Shown: in pieces, positions 7,883 to 17,399 of the stretch
Numbering within the stretch: the stretch's first letter is position 1
How the letters are laid out: each line of letters begins with the position of its first letter
Source: Nitrososphaerales archaeon
GTDB lineage: Archaea > Thermoproteota > Nitrososphaeria > Nitrososphaerales > Nitrososphaeraceae
Direction: 5' to 3'
Assembly (NCBI GenBank): GCA_025451315.1
Contig: JANWKP010000081.1
Coordinates: 1 to 51,645 of the forward strand
DNA: 51,645 nucleotides
The notes under the pieces: model-generated
The model's database searches: none
What the model was told of the DNA's origin: nothing
The model's input: only the letters and a program-made list of their open reading frames with translations
Position numbers and translations under genes: made by a program

Positions 7883-7910
7883 GAGTGACTCAGAGTCACT
7901 CTGAGTTACT
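7883..7910. repeat. Three tandem copies of the palindrome GAGTNACTC with 10-bp period
   Basis: GAGTGACTC A GAGTCACTC T GAGTTACT in an otherwise AT-rich intergenic region. Confidence 0.8.
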
Positions 7911-8011
7911 AGAATGATAAAATTAAGAATTGACCTATAAATAATTAATTGATTAACCTTGAAGCTAGTTAACCGACAAAATAATGAAAAAAATAAATAT
8001 TTTTTGAAGTT

Positions 8012-8614
8012 TTACATAGAAGTAGCTGGAGCAGTAGGTTTCTCTTTTTGGTTCTCAAACATCCTGAGAATAGTATCTGAAACCGAACAGTTCAATCTTT
8101 CTTTTTCCTTCAATATCTGTCTATATGCGTCTAAAGTTATATAAACAGGAATCGAACCGGTTCCTTCAAGTAAAGCTTTAACTCTATAAAGTCCATTTTC
8201 AATTCCTCTTTCAGCTATTTTCTTTAGCTTTACCTTATCAATAAAACTTCCTAATGGTCCCATTGGCATATCATAATCTACGGTAATCCCTGTCTTCGTT
8301 ACTTTTTCATCGATTTCTTCAAATTCTACTTCGATCTGCCATTTTTTAAAAGGCCCCTCAATCATTTTTGCTACAATTTTTCTATGCGGAATATAATCAA
8401 TGGTTTCACAATCCCATTCTAATCTTTTTCCATCGAAATCTCCACTTATTCGAAAAATAGTCCCTACACCAAAGCCATTTTTAACCTCAATCGGAATAAT
8501 ATTTAGACCCATATTTTCTGGAAATTGATCAGCCATATGTTCAGGTCTTGCAAAATAAGTGAAAACTTCGCTAACAGGAGAGTTAATTGTCATAGACTTG
8601 CTGATGGTAGTCAT
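8012..8614 (-). CDS. SRPBCC/START (polyketide cyclase-like) protein with C-terminal RHH-like extension
   Basis: ISKSMTINSPVSEVFTYFARPEHM...GVGT...MIEGPFKKW is an SRPBCC pattern; tail PVYITLDAYRQILKEKERLNCSVSDTILRMF. Confidence 0.8.
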   Translation of the reverse strand: MTTISKSMTINSPVSEVFTYFARPEHMADQFPENMGLNIIPIEVKNGFGVGTIFRISGDFDGKRLEWDCETIDYIPHRKIVAKMIEGPFKKWQIEVEFEEIDEKVTKTGITVDYDMPMGPLGSFIDKVKLKKIAERGIENGLYRVKALLEGTGSIPVYITLDAYRQILKEKERLNCSVSDTILRMFENQKEKPTAPATSM

Positions 8615-8761
8615 TATCCTATCTTATGGTGTTATTTCGTAAAGTGAATTTAAAGGTTTCTTAAACTAATCAATAAATAGGATAACAGCTTGAAATTACT
8701 ATCATAAAATTCAAGCTTTAACATTCAAAAGTTAAAAAATTAATTTTTTTCTTCATTGCCT

Positions 8762-9721
8762 TTAAGCAAGAGGATTCGAGTTTACAATCTCATCCAAACA
8801 TTTGATAATATCGTCTCTAGTAACCTCTCGTGGATTGTTGTCCAAATGTCCTCTGTCAGGCATAATTACATCTGCGGCTTCCTCTAATGGTTGTTTCAAT
8901 TTCAGTGGTTCAAATTTCAATTTCTGACAAATTTTCTTAAACCTTTCATAAAAAATAGATTCGTTGAATTTATGTGCTATAGTTGTACAAGATGATAATG
9001 AGTACCCATGAGGAACACCTTCATTAGAAAATACATAAGAAAGTGCATGTCCCAGGGTTGTAGATGAATTTCCAAAACCTATTCCTGACAACATTGCTCC
9101 ATAAGGAAGCAAATCAGGTTTATCGTTTATTATAGCATCTTCCAAAATTTCAAAAGCCTCCTTGCAAAATAATTTAGTAAATGGATTACTAAGTTTACTA
9201 TCATATCCTTCTGATGCTTGAGCAGCTGCATCACAAGCTGAATTCCTCATTATGTTAAATGGTGTTCCAGGGAGGAAATATGGATCAACTATAGCTGCAT
9301 CAGCCAAGAAAGCCTCATCTTGTAACAATTTTTTCTTGTGCTCAAAACTGATAACCGCGTATGTTGTCATCTCTGCTCCAGTTCCAAAAGTTGTTGGAAT
9401 AAGAATTTTAGGAATACCAGTCAATTTACTTAAATATTTACATAAATCCATCGAACTACCTCCACCTAGACCTATATATGCAGAAATATCCTTACCTTCG
9501 AATTCCTTCTTAATCTGTTCTACTGTTTCTATTGCCGGATCAGGAGTTGCTTTATCATAGAGTTCATAATCTGTTATTCCCATGTAATCGATCCACTTGT
9601 TATAAAATTCCGGGGTCGTTGTAGTAATTATTAAAGATTTTTTGGGATATTCAAATTCTTGTGCAGCATTCTTTCCAAATGCTATCTTCTTAGGCATCAT
9701 TACTTTCCACATAATACTCAA
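8762..9721 (-). CDS. Iron-containing alcohol dehydrogenase, most like thaumarchaeal malonic semialdehyde reductase (HP/HB cycle)
   Basis: GLGGGSSMD, IPTTFGTGAEMT, GHALSY and PHG metal-binding motifs. The short (319 aa) form closely resembles Nitrosopumilus Nmar_1110 as recalled. Confidence 0.85.
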   Translation of the reverse strand: MSIMWKVMMPKKIAFGKNAAQEFEYPKKSLIITTTTPEFYNKWIDYMGITDYELYDKATPDPAIETVEQIKKEFEGKDISAYIGLGGGSSMDLCKYLSKLTGIPKILIPTTFGTGAEMTTYAVISFEHKKKLLQDEAFLADAAIVDPYFLPGTPFNIMRNSACDAAAQASEGYDSKLSNPFTKLFCKEAFEILEDAIINDKPDLLPYGAMLSGIGFGNSSTTLGHALSYVFSNEGVPHGYSLSSCTTIAHKFNESIFYERFKKICQKLKFEPLKLKQPLEEAADVIMPDRGHLDNNPREVTRDDIIKCLDEIVNSNPLA

Positions 9722-11620
9722 AAAGAAGAGATAAATTATTTAATTTAAATTTATAGTATATTTTGTATTAAAATGTGTAATGAGGCCCAATAAATGAAGA
9801 AATACAACAGATGAATAGTCAGATTTTAAATTAATTATACACTCAATCTAGGTTTTACTAATAATCCTGACTATTATTGTGAATTGATTTATATTATTTC
9901 CTCATATAAAATTAGACTAAATAACTAAAAATCCTTAATGGAAGGTTCTATATTATTAAAATTTATTTTTGAATCAAGATATTAGTATAACGATATTATT
10001 AATTTTAATTAGAGTTAAGCATCCAATTAGAATTTTTTAGATCCAAAAAGGATTAAAACAATAAATATTAAAATAACAAACTAAAGTAGAAAATTAAAAA
10101 AATAGATTGACTAGCTTAATTCTTTAGTAATTTCTGATGAAAGGTAAAAGAATATTTGCTCAATTGTAGACTTAAAATAAATACACTAATAATTTTGAAT
10201 ATCAATATCTAAAATATAGAATATATTAATTAATCCAAATTATAAGTTTCTAACGAAAGGAAGGTAAAAAGTTGAAAATTTTTAAACACTTTAGAGAGCA
10301 GAGAATTGATTCTTTTTTTACATTAAATAAAGTGAATAGTAATTTTTATTAATCTTGATAAATGTTAAAAAAGAAAAAATGGTATTATCTGACAAATATT
10401 AGTCTTGACTATAAAATGGAATAAATAATATAATATTTAAGTTTCTTATTAAAGAAATTAATAACTCGATCTATTTATGAAAGACTATGATATCAGCGTA
10501 ATGGTAATATTATAATTATATTATTTAATTGACTGATATTTTGCAGTCACTTTTACAAGATTTTTCAGATGTTTCAACTTTTCTCATTAACTTAATTGCA
10601 TGGAAGTTTGAAATATTTTATATTATCAGCTAAATAGAATTCAAGATTAATACCTATTGATTCTAATTTGAAAAAGTGATACACCTGGATTAACAAAATA
10701 GATTAATAATATTTGAGTCAGTAATAAATGTGAATTGTAAATATTCACCATAGATGAAAATTTTAGTCCAATTCTTCTTAAATAAAAATAGAAGTTTTTT
10801 ATATTACGAACAAAAATATATCATATTGCAATATCGTGATAAGAAAGCAATATGATTGTCATTTGACAATATTACATTACATAACAAGATATCATCATTT
10901 GTAATTAGTCAATTTAATTAATTCAAAGAATCATAAATAATTGACTAATGAATATCGATCCCCTATATTTCTACTGGAAAAATATTCTAATATTATCTTT
11001 GGAATCTTTATAATGAAAAATATTATTATTTTATTATAGCGAGCCTTCGAATGCACGACTTTACTTATCGGTTAATGCATTACAATTCAAAATTGTTGGA
11101 GAAAGGTTCATTTCAATACTTTACATTGGATAGTTAAATAGACAAAAACTTCCTGTATTATTGTAGATTAGCAATTATCTATAGTTAAGACACAATTTGA
11201 TAGTGGCGAAGTTACATCATCTCCGAGTATTAAACATTCTTAATACAAGCATAACTCAACAAAAGAAACAAGACTACAACATTCATCCTTGACATAGCTA
11301 ATATACCTTCTGATTATTAAGGCTTGACATTTTAAGTTAAACATATTTTGTTAGAAAATTAGTATTATAAAGTACAGTTTAAGAAGTTCATATTATTTTA
11401 AATGTGGACAAGTTATTCTCGATTTACAATGAACCTAAGTTAGAAAATTATCAAACTATTTCTTTAATGATTCTAGAAAGTATCTTATAATGATTAGCTG
11501 GAAGTATACTTCATCTTATGTTTATAAACCCGAAGGTAACCAAATAAATTACTCATTGCATTAGAAAATAAAAGTAATATTAAGATATGAATATATGTTT
11601 TTAATTATTCAGTTTTTAAT

Positions 11621-12193
11621 ATGAGATCCTTTATTGCTGTAGACTGTAACAATAAAGAAAAAATATTGAACATACAGCAAATGATACGAACTTCTCTCCT
11701 TCATCTTAATGGAAATATCAAGCCTACACTCCCAGAAAATCTGCATTTTACATTATTTTTCTTTGGAGATATTGATGATACAACTGTAGAAAGAATTAAA
11801 CAGAAAATAAATGAGATAAGATTTGAAAAATTTGAAATAAGCTACAAAAAAATAGGTGTATTTCCATCATACAAACTACCAAAAGTTATTTGGATTGGTC
11901 TAGATGACAAGAGTACAAAGAAATTGAATTCACTCTTTGAATTAGTTAAAAGTAAAATGGAACAAATAGGATGTAAACCTGATAAACAATTTAAACCACA
12001 TCTAACCTTATTTCGCGTAAAGAGACCTATAGGAAATATTGAGGAATACTTGAGTAAACATCGTGATCTTATAGGAGGTTCTGAATTAATTGACAAGATC
12101 CACCTTAAGAAAAGCGAACTTTTTCCTTCAGCTCCAGTTTACTCTAATATTTCAACAGTATTTGCAACAAATGATATAGAAAATGAGAAATAA
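11621..12193 (+). CDS. thpR: RNA 2',3'-cyclic phosphodiesterase (2H family)
   Basis: MRSFIAV start, HFTL and HLTL 2H motifs. Confidence 0.93.
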   Translation: MRSFIAVDCNNKEKILNIQQMIRTSLLHLNGNIKPTLPENLHFTLFFFGDIDDTTVERIKQKINEIRFEKFEISYKKIGVFPSYKLPKVIWIGLDDKSTKKLNSLFELVKSKMEQIGCKPDKQFKPHLTLFRVKRPIGNIEEYLSKHRDLIGGSELIDKIHLKKSELFPSAPVYSNISTVFATNDIENEK

Positions 12194-13649
12194 TAATATT
12201 GAAAATAGGTTCGATGCAATGAATATAGATTTAGAAATTGACAAAATAGCTGATAAAGTCTTGAAGCTAATTAATCCTTCATTTAAAGATTTAGAAAAAT
12301 TAAAATCTATAGAAAAGAAAATAAAAGACGAAATTAATAGTTACAAAATACCACAGATAGTAGATGTCAAAACAGGTGGCTCTTTTGCAAAGGATACTAA
12401 TCTAAAAAAAGATATGGATATAGATATTTTCATTTTAATAGATAAAAATACAAATGAGCAAGATTTTGAAAAACTAGCACTAAATATTGGTTTCAAATGT
12501 CTGAAGGAGTATCATCCTATAACACGCTATTCTGAACATCCTTATGTAGAGGGATTTGTATCTCTCAACAACAATAACAAAGAACATGTGAGAATAAACC
12601 TAGTACCTTGTTATAACGTAGAAAAAGGCTTATGGAAAAGCTCTGCTGATAGGTCACAATACCATACTGAATACATGAAGAAGAATCTTACATCTGAGCA
12701 AAAAAATCAAATTCGTATATTAAAATCCTTTTTAAAAGGAATTGGCGTTTATGGAGCAGAATTATCAATTGCTGGGTTTAGTGGTTATGTTACTGAGGTT
12801 TTGGTACTAAAATATGGTAATTTTAAAAATGTTATTAAAAATATTGCAACGATGAAAAACAAAGGTGAAGTGATTGCTATTGATAATATTACTAATAATG
12901 ATATTTCTAAAAAATTTCAAAGTTCAATAATAATAATCGACCCTGTCGATTCGAATCGTAACTTAGGCACAGCAATATCTTCAGAAAGTTTATCAAGATT
13001 TATTTTTGGAGCTAGAGCTTTGCTAAAAAATCCATCTCTTGAATTTTTTAGGATTAATAGTAATAAAAATGGGGTAAGTTTGGACAAAAATCTACAGAAG
13101 GTTTCACAACTATTACCTTATATTTTAGTTTTAGAATTTAAGTTTAAAATTAGAAGTTCTGATATAATTTGGGGACAATTAAAAAAATTAACAAAGTCCC
13201 TTGCGCAGAGGTTAAATGATAAAGAATTCGTAACAATAAAAAGTGAATGCTATATTTATAATACTAATTCTGCAAAATTACTATTTTTATTAAAATTTAT
13301 TAACCTTTCCCCCTTTCTTCAAAAAAAAGGTCCAAGTATATTTATGGAAAAAGAGGTTTTTCAATTTGTTAAAAAGAATAAAGAGCCATCATCCATTCTA
13401 TGGTTCGGAGAAGATATGAGTCTTATGTGTCTAAAAAAAAGAGAGGACATTTATGCAGTCAAATTTTTGGATCGATCAATTAGATTAGAGAAACGCAATT
13501 TAGGAATCCCAAAAGGATTAATCACTGATTTGGACAACGGATTCAAAATTTATAAAGTAAACAAAAATAGACTGAAAAATATAGAAAACCAGGAAATAAT
13601 TCATGATTTTCTTTTTAAAGATATGATATTATTTGAAAGTGCCGATTAG
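12183..13649 (+). CDS. cca: CCA-adding tRNA nucleotidyltransferase (class I, archaeal)
   Basis: GGSFAKDT...DIDIF, YSEHPY, GVYGAE...GFSGY, IIDPVD..RN. Confidence 0.95.
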   Translation: MRNNNIENRFDAMNIDLEIDKIADKVLKLINPSFKDLEKLKSIEKKIKDEINSYKIPQIVDVKTGGSFAKDTNLKKDMDIDIFILIDKNTNEQDFEKLALNIGFKCLKEYHPITRYSEHPYVEGFVSLNNNNKEHVRINLVPCYNVEKGLWKSSADRSQYHTEYMKKNLTSEQKNQIRILKSFLKGIGVYGAELSIAGFSGYVTEVLVLKYGNFKNVIKNIATMKNKGEVIAIDNITNNDISKKFQSSIIIIDPVDSNRNLGTAISSESLSRFIFGARALLKNPSLEFFRINSNKNGVSLDKNLQKVSQLLPYILVLEFKFKIRSSDIIWGQLKKLTKSLAQRLNDKEFVTIKSECYIYNTNSAKLLFLLKFINLSPFLQKKGPSIFMEKEVFQFVKKNKEPSSILWFGEDMSLMCLKKREDIYAVKFLDRSIRLEKRNLGIPKGLITDLDNGFKIYKVNKNRLKNIENQEIIHDFLFKDMILFESAD

Positions 13650-14433
13650 TTCTCCAACAATAGCCAAGTTAATTTCATATCCAAAATTGGATCAGCATGA
13701 ATATAACAGGAGAATGAGTGATTTAAACAAAATTGGAATTAAAGACGCTATCTTGGAAGGTCCTACTAGGCTGTGTGAATTAAATATTTTGGGAAAAGGA
13801 CATTCAGGCATAGTGTTGAAAGTTAATCCATATTCTGAAGAATCTCTGGCATTAAAAATAAGAAGAGTAGATTCTCGGAGGAAAGACTCGTTGAATGAGG
13901 TTAATAATCAAAAATTAGCCAACCTCGTAGGAATAGGGCCGAAAATTATTGACAATACAAAGGATTTGATTTTAATGGAATTAATAAGAGGAAAAGGGAT
14001 TTCCGATTGGCTCGATGATCCTTCTAATTTGAACCCTGAAAACAGTAAAAATATCTTAAATATAGTATATGAAATATTAGAGCAGTGTTATAGACTAGAT
14101 GTTCTAAATTTAGACCATGGAGAATTAACTCGTATTGATAATCATATAATGGTCTCAGAATATAATCATATACACATCATAGATTTTGAAAGTTCATCTA
14201 CTAAAAGAAAACCTTCCAATGTAACTTCATCTAGTCAAGCCTTACTCTTGAGCGGTGGATCAATTTCAAAAAAAATTTGTAGATTTATTGAAATCAAAGA
14301 TCGCAATTTTTTATTGAATCATTTAAAACAGTACAAGAAAAGTAAAAGTAGACAAAATTTTGAGGACATACTCTCTCTAGTTACTGAAAAAAAGATAGAT
14401 ATAAAAAAAAACTCTCCTACTGCTATTAAATAA
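13633..14433 (+). CDS. RIO/Bud32-like Ser/Thr protein kinase
   Basis: LGKGHSGIV P-loop, ALKIRR, HGEL catalytic loop, IIDFE. Confidence 0.85.
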   Translation: MKVPISSPTIAKLISYPKLDQHEYNRRMSDLNKIGIKDAILEGPTRLCELNILGKGHSGIVLKVNPYSEESLALKIRRVDSRRKDSLNEVNNQKLANLVGIGPKIIDNTKDLILMELIRGKGISDWLDDPSNLNPENSKNILNIVYEILEQCYRLDVLNLDHGELTRIDNHIMVSEYNHIHIIDFESSSTKRKPSNVTSSSQALLLSGGSISKKICRFIEIKDRNFLLNHLKQYKKSKSRQNFEDILSLVTEKKIDIKKNSPTAIK

Positions 14434-14499
14434 CATAAGTAGAAATTAGTATATTATTCGAAATTCTCTTATTACAGGAAATATTTTATTGTAATCAAA

Positions 14500-14808
14500 A
14501 TGACTGAAAAAAGCGGTTCTATAGAATCTTCTAACGATACTATTCCCTTTCCTACATTAACAATATTGTATTTGCCAGCAGAAGCGTCAGAAGTTGTTGA
14601 AGAAGTTAGTCAAAAATATTATAATATGACTGCAGAAGACTGTGTTGGGTATTTTCATGACGGGATAAAACGAGAATACAAGAAGATCACAATATGGAGC
14701 CAAGGAATTGACAGTTTATGGTTTAATGCTATTTTGGCACGAATTAAAGAAGTTGCCAAGGTAGAACAAGTACCTATTGTATCTGGCGGAATAATGTACA
14801 CTATATAA
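14500..14808 (+). CDS. Hypothetical protein
   Basis: 102 aa ORF with globular composition, co-oriented with neighbours. Confidence 0.7.
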   Translation: MTEKSGSIESSNDTIPFPTLTILYLPAEASEVVEEVSQKYYNMTAEDCVGYFHDGIKREYKKITIWSQGIDSLWFNAILARIKEVAKVEQVPIVSGGIMYTI

Positions 14809-14918
14809 ACCGTTAAGATATTTTTTTCATTTCTTACTGTTGTTATTTATAAACTAATTATTTCGTTATTCAATAACATAATAAAATTATATATCTGATC
14901 AAATTATAAAAAAATAAG

Positions 14919-15251
14919 ATGGAGAAGTTAGCAACAACAACCACAGTATTCAAAATCAAACAGCTAGTAGATAATGGTTCAAATGTTACTCTTTCTTTGA
15001 GTGAAGATGTGGAATTAGAAACAGTTTCACAACAACAAATGATTTTGGAAGCAGTAGATAGAACCGTAACAGATGATGAAATAAAACAACAAATCAAACC
15101 TTTACTAGAAGCAATTTTAAGATCTCAACCACAGACTGTTATCAAAACATATCCTAAAACTATCATTCAAATTACCATGCCCAAGAGGAGATATGAAATG
15201 ATGGGAAATCCTCAAGTTGGGGAAACTCTCCAAGTAGATATAAAGAAATAA
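14919..15251 (+). CDS. Conserved archaeal protein, arcadin-1-like architecture
   Basis: beta-beta / helical insert / IQITMPKRRYEMMGNPQVGETLQV C-terminus; family assignment from pattern recall only. Confidence 0.5.
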   Translation: MEKLATTTTVFKIKQLVDNGSNVTLSLSEDVELETVSQQQMILEAVDRTVTDDEIKQQIKPLLEAILRSQPQTVIKTYPKTIIQITMPKRRYEMMGNPQVGETLQVDIKK

Positions 15252-15391
15252 ATTTCATTATATATTTTGAGAAAAAATTATACTATATTATAATATAACA
15301 CATTAATTTCATGATAATTACTTCCCAATAAGCAAATATCCATTTTCAATTTCAATAAAATCATATTATATATTTATTAATACTATGAACG

Positions 15392-16711
15392 GTGCAAACC
15401 AAAAGATTTGATATTGTTATTATAGGTGGAGGCATCTTAGGAGTATCAATAGGGTATTTTTTAACTGTAAATTCTGATGCAAACGTTTTGATAATTGAAC
15501 GTGAAAAAATTGTATCAAGCCATACTAGTTCTAGGAACACAGGTAAGGTACATGCACCATTCTTATACGATCCAATAAAAAAAAAAATTTTTGCAAAAAT
15601 ATCTTTTTTAGGTTATAATATGTGGGAAACATATTCAAATCAAAAAAAAATACAGTTTAAACAAGATGGAGTTCTAGAGATAGCAAAACAAGATAAAGAT
15701 GTCAAAATTTTGAAAAAATATGTTGAATGGGGGATACAAAATGGTTTAGAAGAAAATGACATACTCTTTTTAAATGAACAGCAAACAAAAGCGATCGAAC
15801 CAAATGTAAGATGTAATGGATCAATATATTGTAAAAGAGATGCAAGTGTGGACTATGGTCTATTGACGACGACATTAAAAAATGATTATCTCTTGGCGGG
15901 AGGAAAGTTACTTAATTTGCATAGAGTCGTAGGAGTTAAAAAACAGAAGGATAGTTGTTTAATTGAAATAGTTACAATAAATAAAGAGAGAAAAATTATT
16001 GATTCAAAATATGTTATTAATACAGCTGGTGGACATTCACTTGATATTGCCCATCAATTTGAAGTTGGATTAGATTTATTTGATTTACATTTTAGAGGAG
16101 AATATTGGTTGGCTCCTCAAGAATACGAAAGACTTACGTCTCGTAGTATTTATTCAGTACCTAAGCAACAAAATTTTCCATTTTTAGATCCCCACTGGAT
16201 TATAAAATCAGATGGACACTGTGAAATTGGACCAAACGCTGTCCCTGTATTTGGACCATATTCCTATGACTTTATTGACAATTTGAAAAACTTTATTCCT
16301 AAAACAAAAGAAATTTTTTATAAGAAGGGTTTATGGGCTCTTTTTACCAATAGAGAATTCTTATCGTTGTTAACCAATGAAATTGCTGGCTCCTTATCAA
16401 AACGTGTTATGATTCAAAGAGTTAAACAATTTTTACCTGCTTTGGATACAAAAAAATTTAACACAAGAGGTACAGCTGGAATTAGATCGCTACTCATAAA
16501 CGAAAAAGGTAACTTTATTCCTGATACCTTATTGCTAAAGAATTCTTTATCACTGCATATTTTAAATTATAATTCACCTGGTGCAACAGGAGCTTTACCT
16601 CTTTCAGCAATGATAGTTCAAGAATTAGCAAATGAGCAAGTCATAAATAAAGTGACCAAAAACAACCAGTTATGGAATATTGAGGATATTTATTCTAAAA
16701 TTAAGTTTTGA
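15392..16711 (+). CDS. FAD-dependent oxidoreductase, L-2-hydroxyglutarate oxidase (LhgO)-like
   Basis: IIGGGILG, HTSSRNTGKVH, FRGEY, IYSVP...FPFL, IGPNA, AGIRS, NSPGATG. Confidence 0.88.
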   Translation: MQTKRFDIVIIGGGILGVSIGYFLTVNSDANVLIIEREKIVSSHTSSRNTGKVHAPFLYDPIKKKIFAKISFLGYNMWETYSNQKKIQFKQDGVLEIAKQDKDVKILKKYVEWGIQNGLEENDILFLNEQQTKAIEPNVRCNGSIYCKRDASVDYGLLTTTLKNDYLLAGGKLLNLHRVVGVKKQKDSCLIEIVTINKERKIIDSKYVINTAGGHSLDIAHQFEVGLDLFDLHFRGEYWLAPQEYERLTSRSIYSVPKQQNFPFLDPHWIIKSDGHCEIGPNAVPVFGPYSYDFIDNLKNFIPKTKEIFYKKGLWALFTNREFLSLLTNEIAGSLSKRVMIQRVKQFLPALDTKKFNTRGTAGIRSLLINEKGNFIPDTLLLKNSLSLHILNYNSPGATGALPLSAMIVQELANEQVINKVTKNNQLWNIEDIYSKIKF

Positions 16712-16854
16712 TGGAATAATTGAGTAACAATTAACAAATTATCCTTAATCCGGTATTATTTTTATAAACAAAAGAACCGAGCAATATCAATATATTATCT
16801 TTGTTATTTATTCTAGTTGAGTTGGTTAACTAATTTTAAAATGAAAATCCGGTA

Positions 16855-16928
16855 GGGGTTGTGGTCTAGTTTGGTAGGATACCAGCCTCGGGCGCTGGGG
16901 ACCGTCGGTTCAAATCCGGCCAACCCCA
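16855..16928 (+). tRNA. tRNA-Pro(CGG), no intron
   Basis: GGGGTTG/CAACCCC acceptor, CCAGC-CTCGGGC-GCTGG anticodon arm, GTCGG-TTCAAAT-CCGGC T arm. Confidence 0.95.
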
Positions 16929-17399
16929 TTCATATTTCTAGTAAGGTTTAATCAAAGTATACCTATAGAATAAAAAGATAATGCAGATTACGTAAGAATA
17001 GATTTTGATTACCAAATTAAATTAATTGCCAGAGTGTTTAGAAAGTAGCATAATATGTTTTTGGCAGTGATTAAATATGGCATACAATTTTTAAAAATTT
17101 ATTCGGGTTAAATGAGATTGAAATATCTATAAATTGTGGACTTTCTAGTTTTCATGGTCCCAATATCTCATTTCGTGTAATTATAATTTTTTCTTTAAAT
17201 AATATACTTTATTCTTCCTTGTTGCTGTAGTAGTATATTTAGAGTCAAAAAAATAAAAATAATTAAATGATATCTTGATTCCATGATTACCTATCTCCCA
17301 CTCTAATTGATATGAATGATATCATTCCCAATTTATTTAAAATACAAATAATGTATTTATAGAAGAATGATCAGATGTAAAAAATAAAAAACTAATTAA

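Noticed and set aside
17283-17330. Possible box C/D sRNA (ATGATTA...TTGA...ATGAATGA)
   Set aside because: Boxes are degenerate, there is no terminal CTGA, and I could not identify a target.
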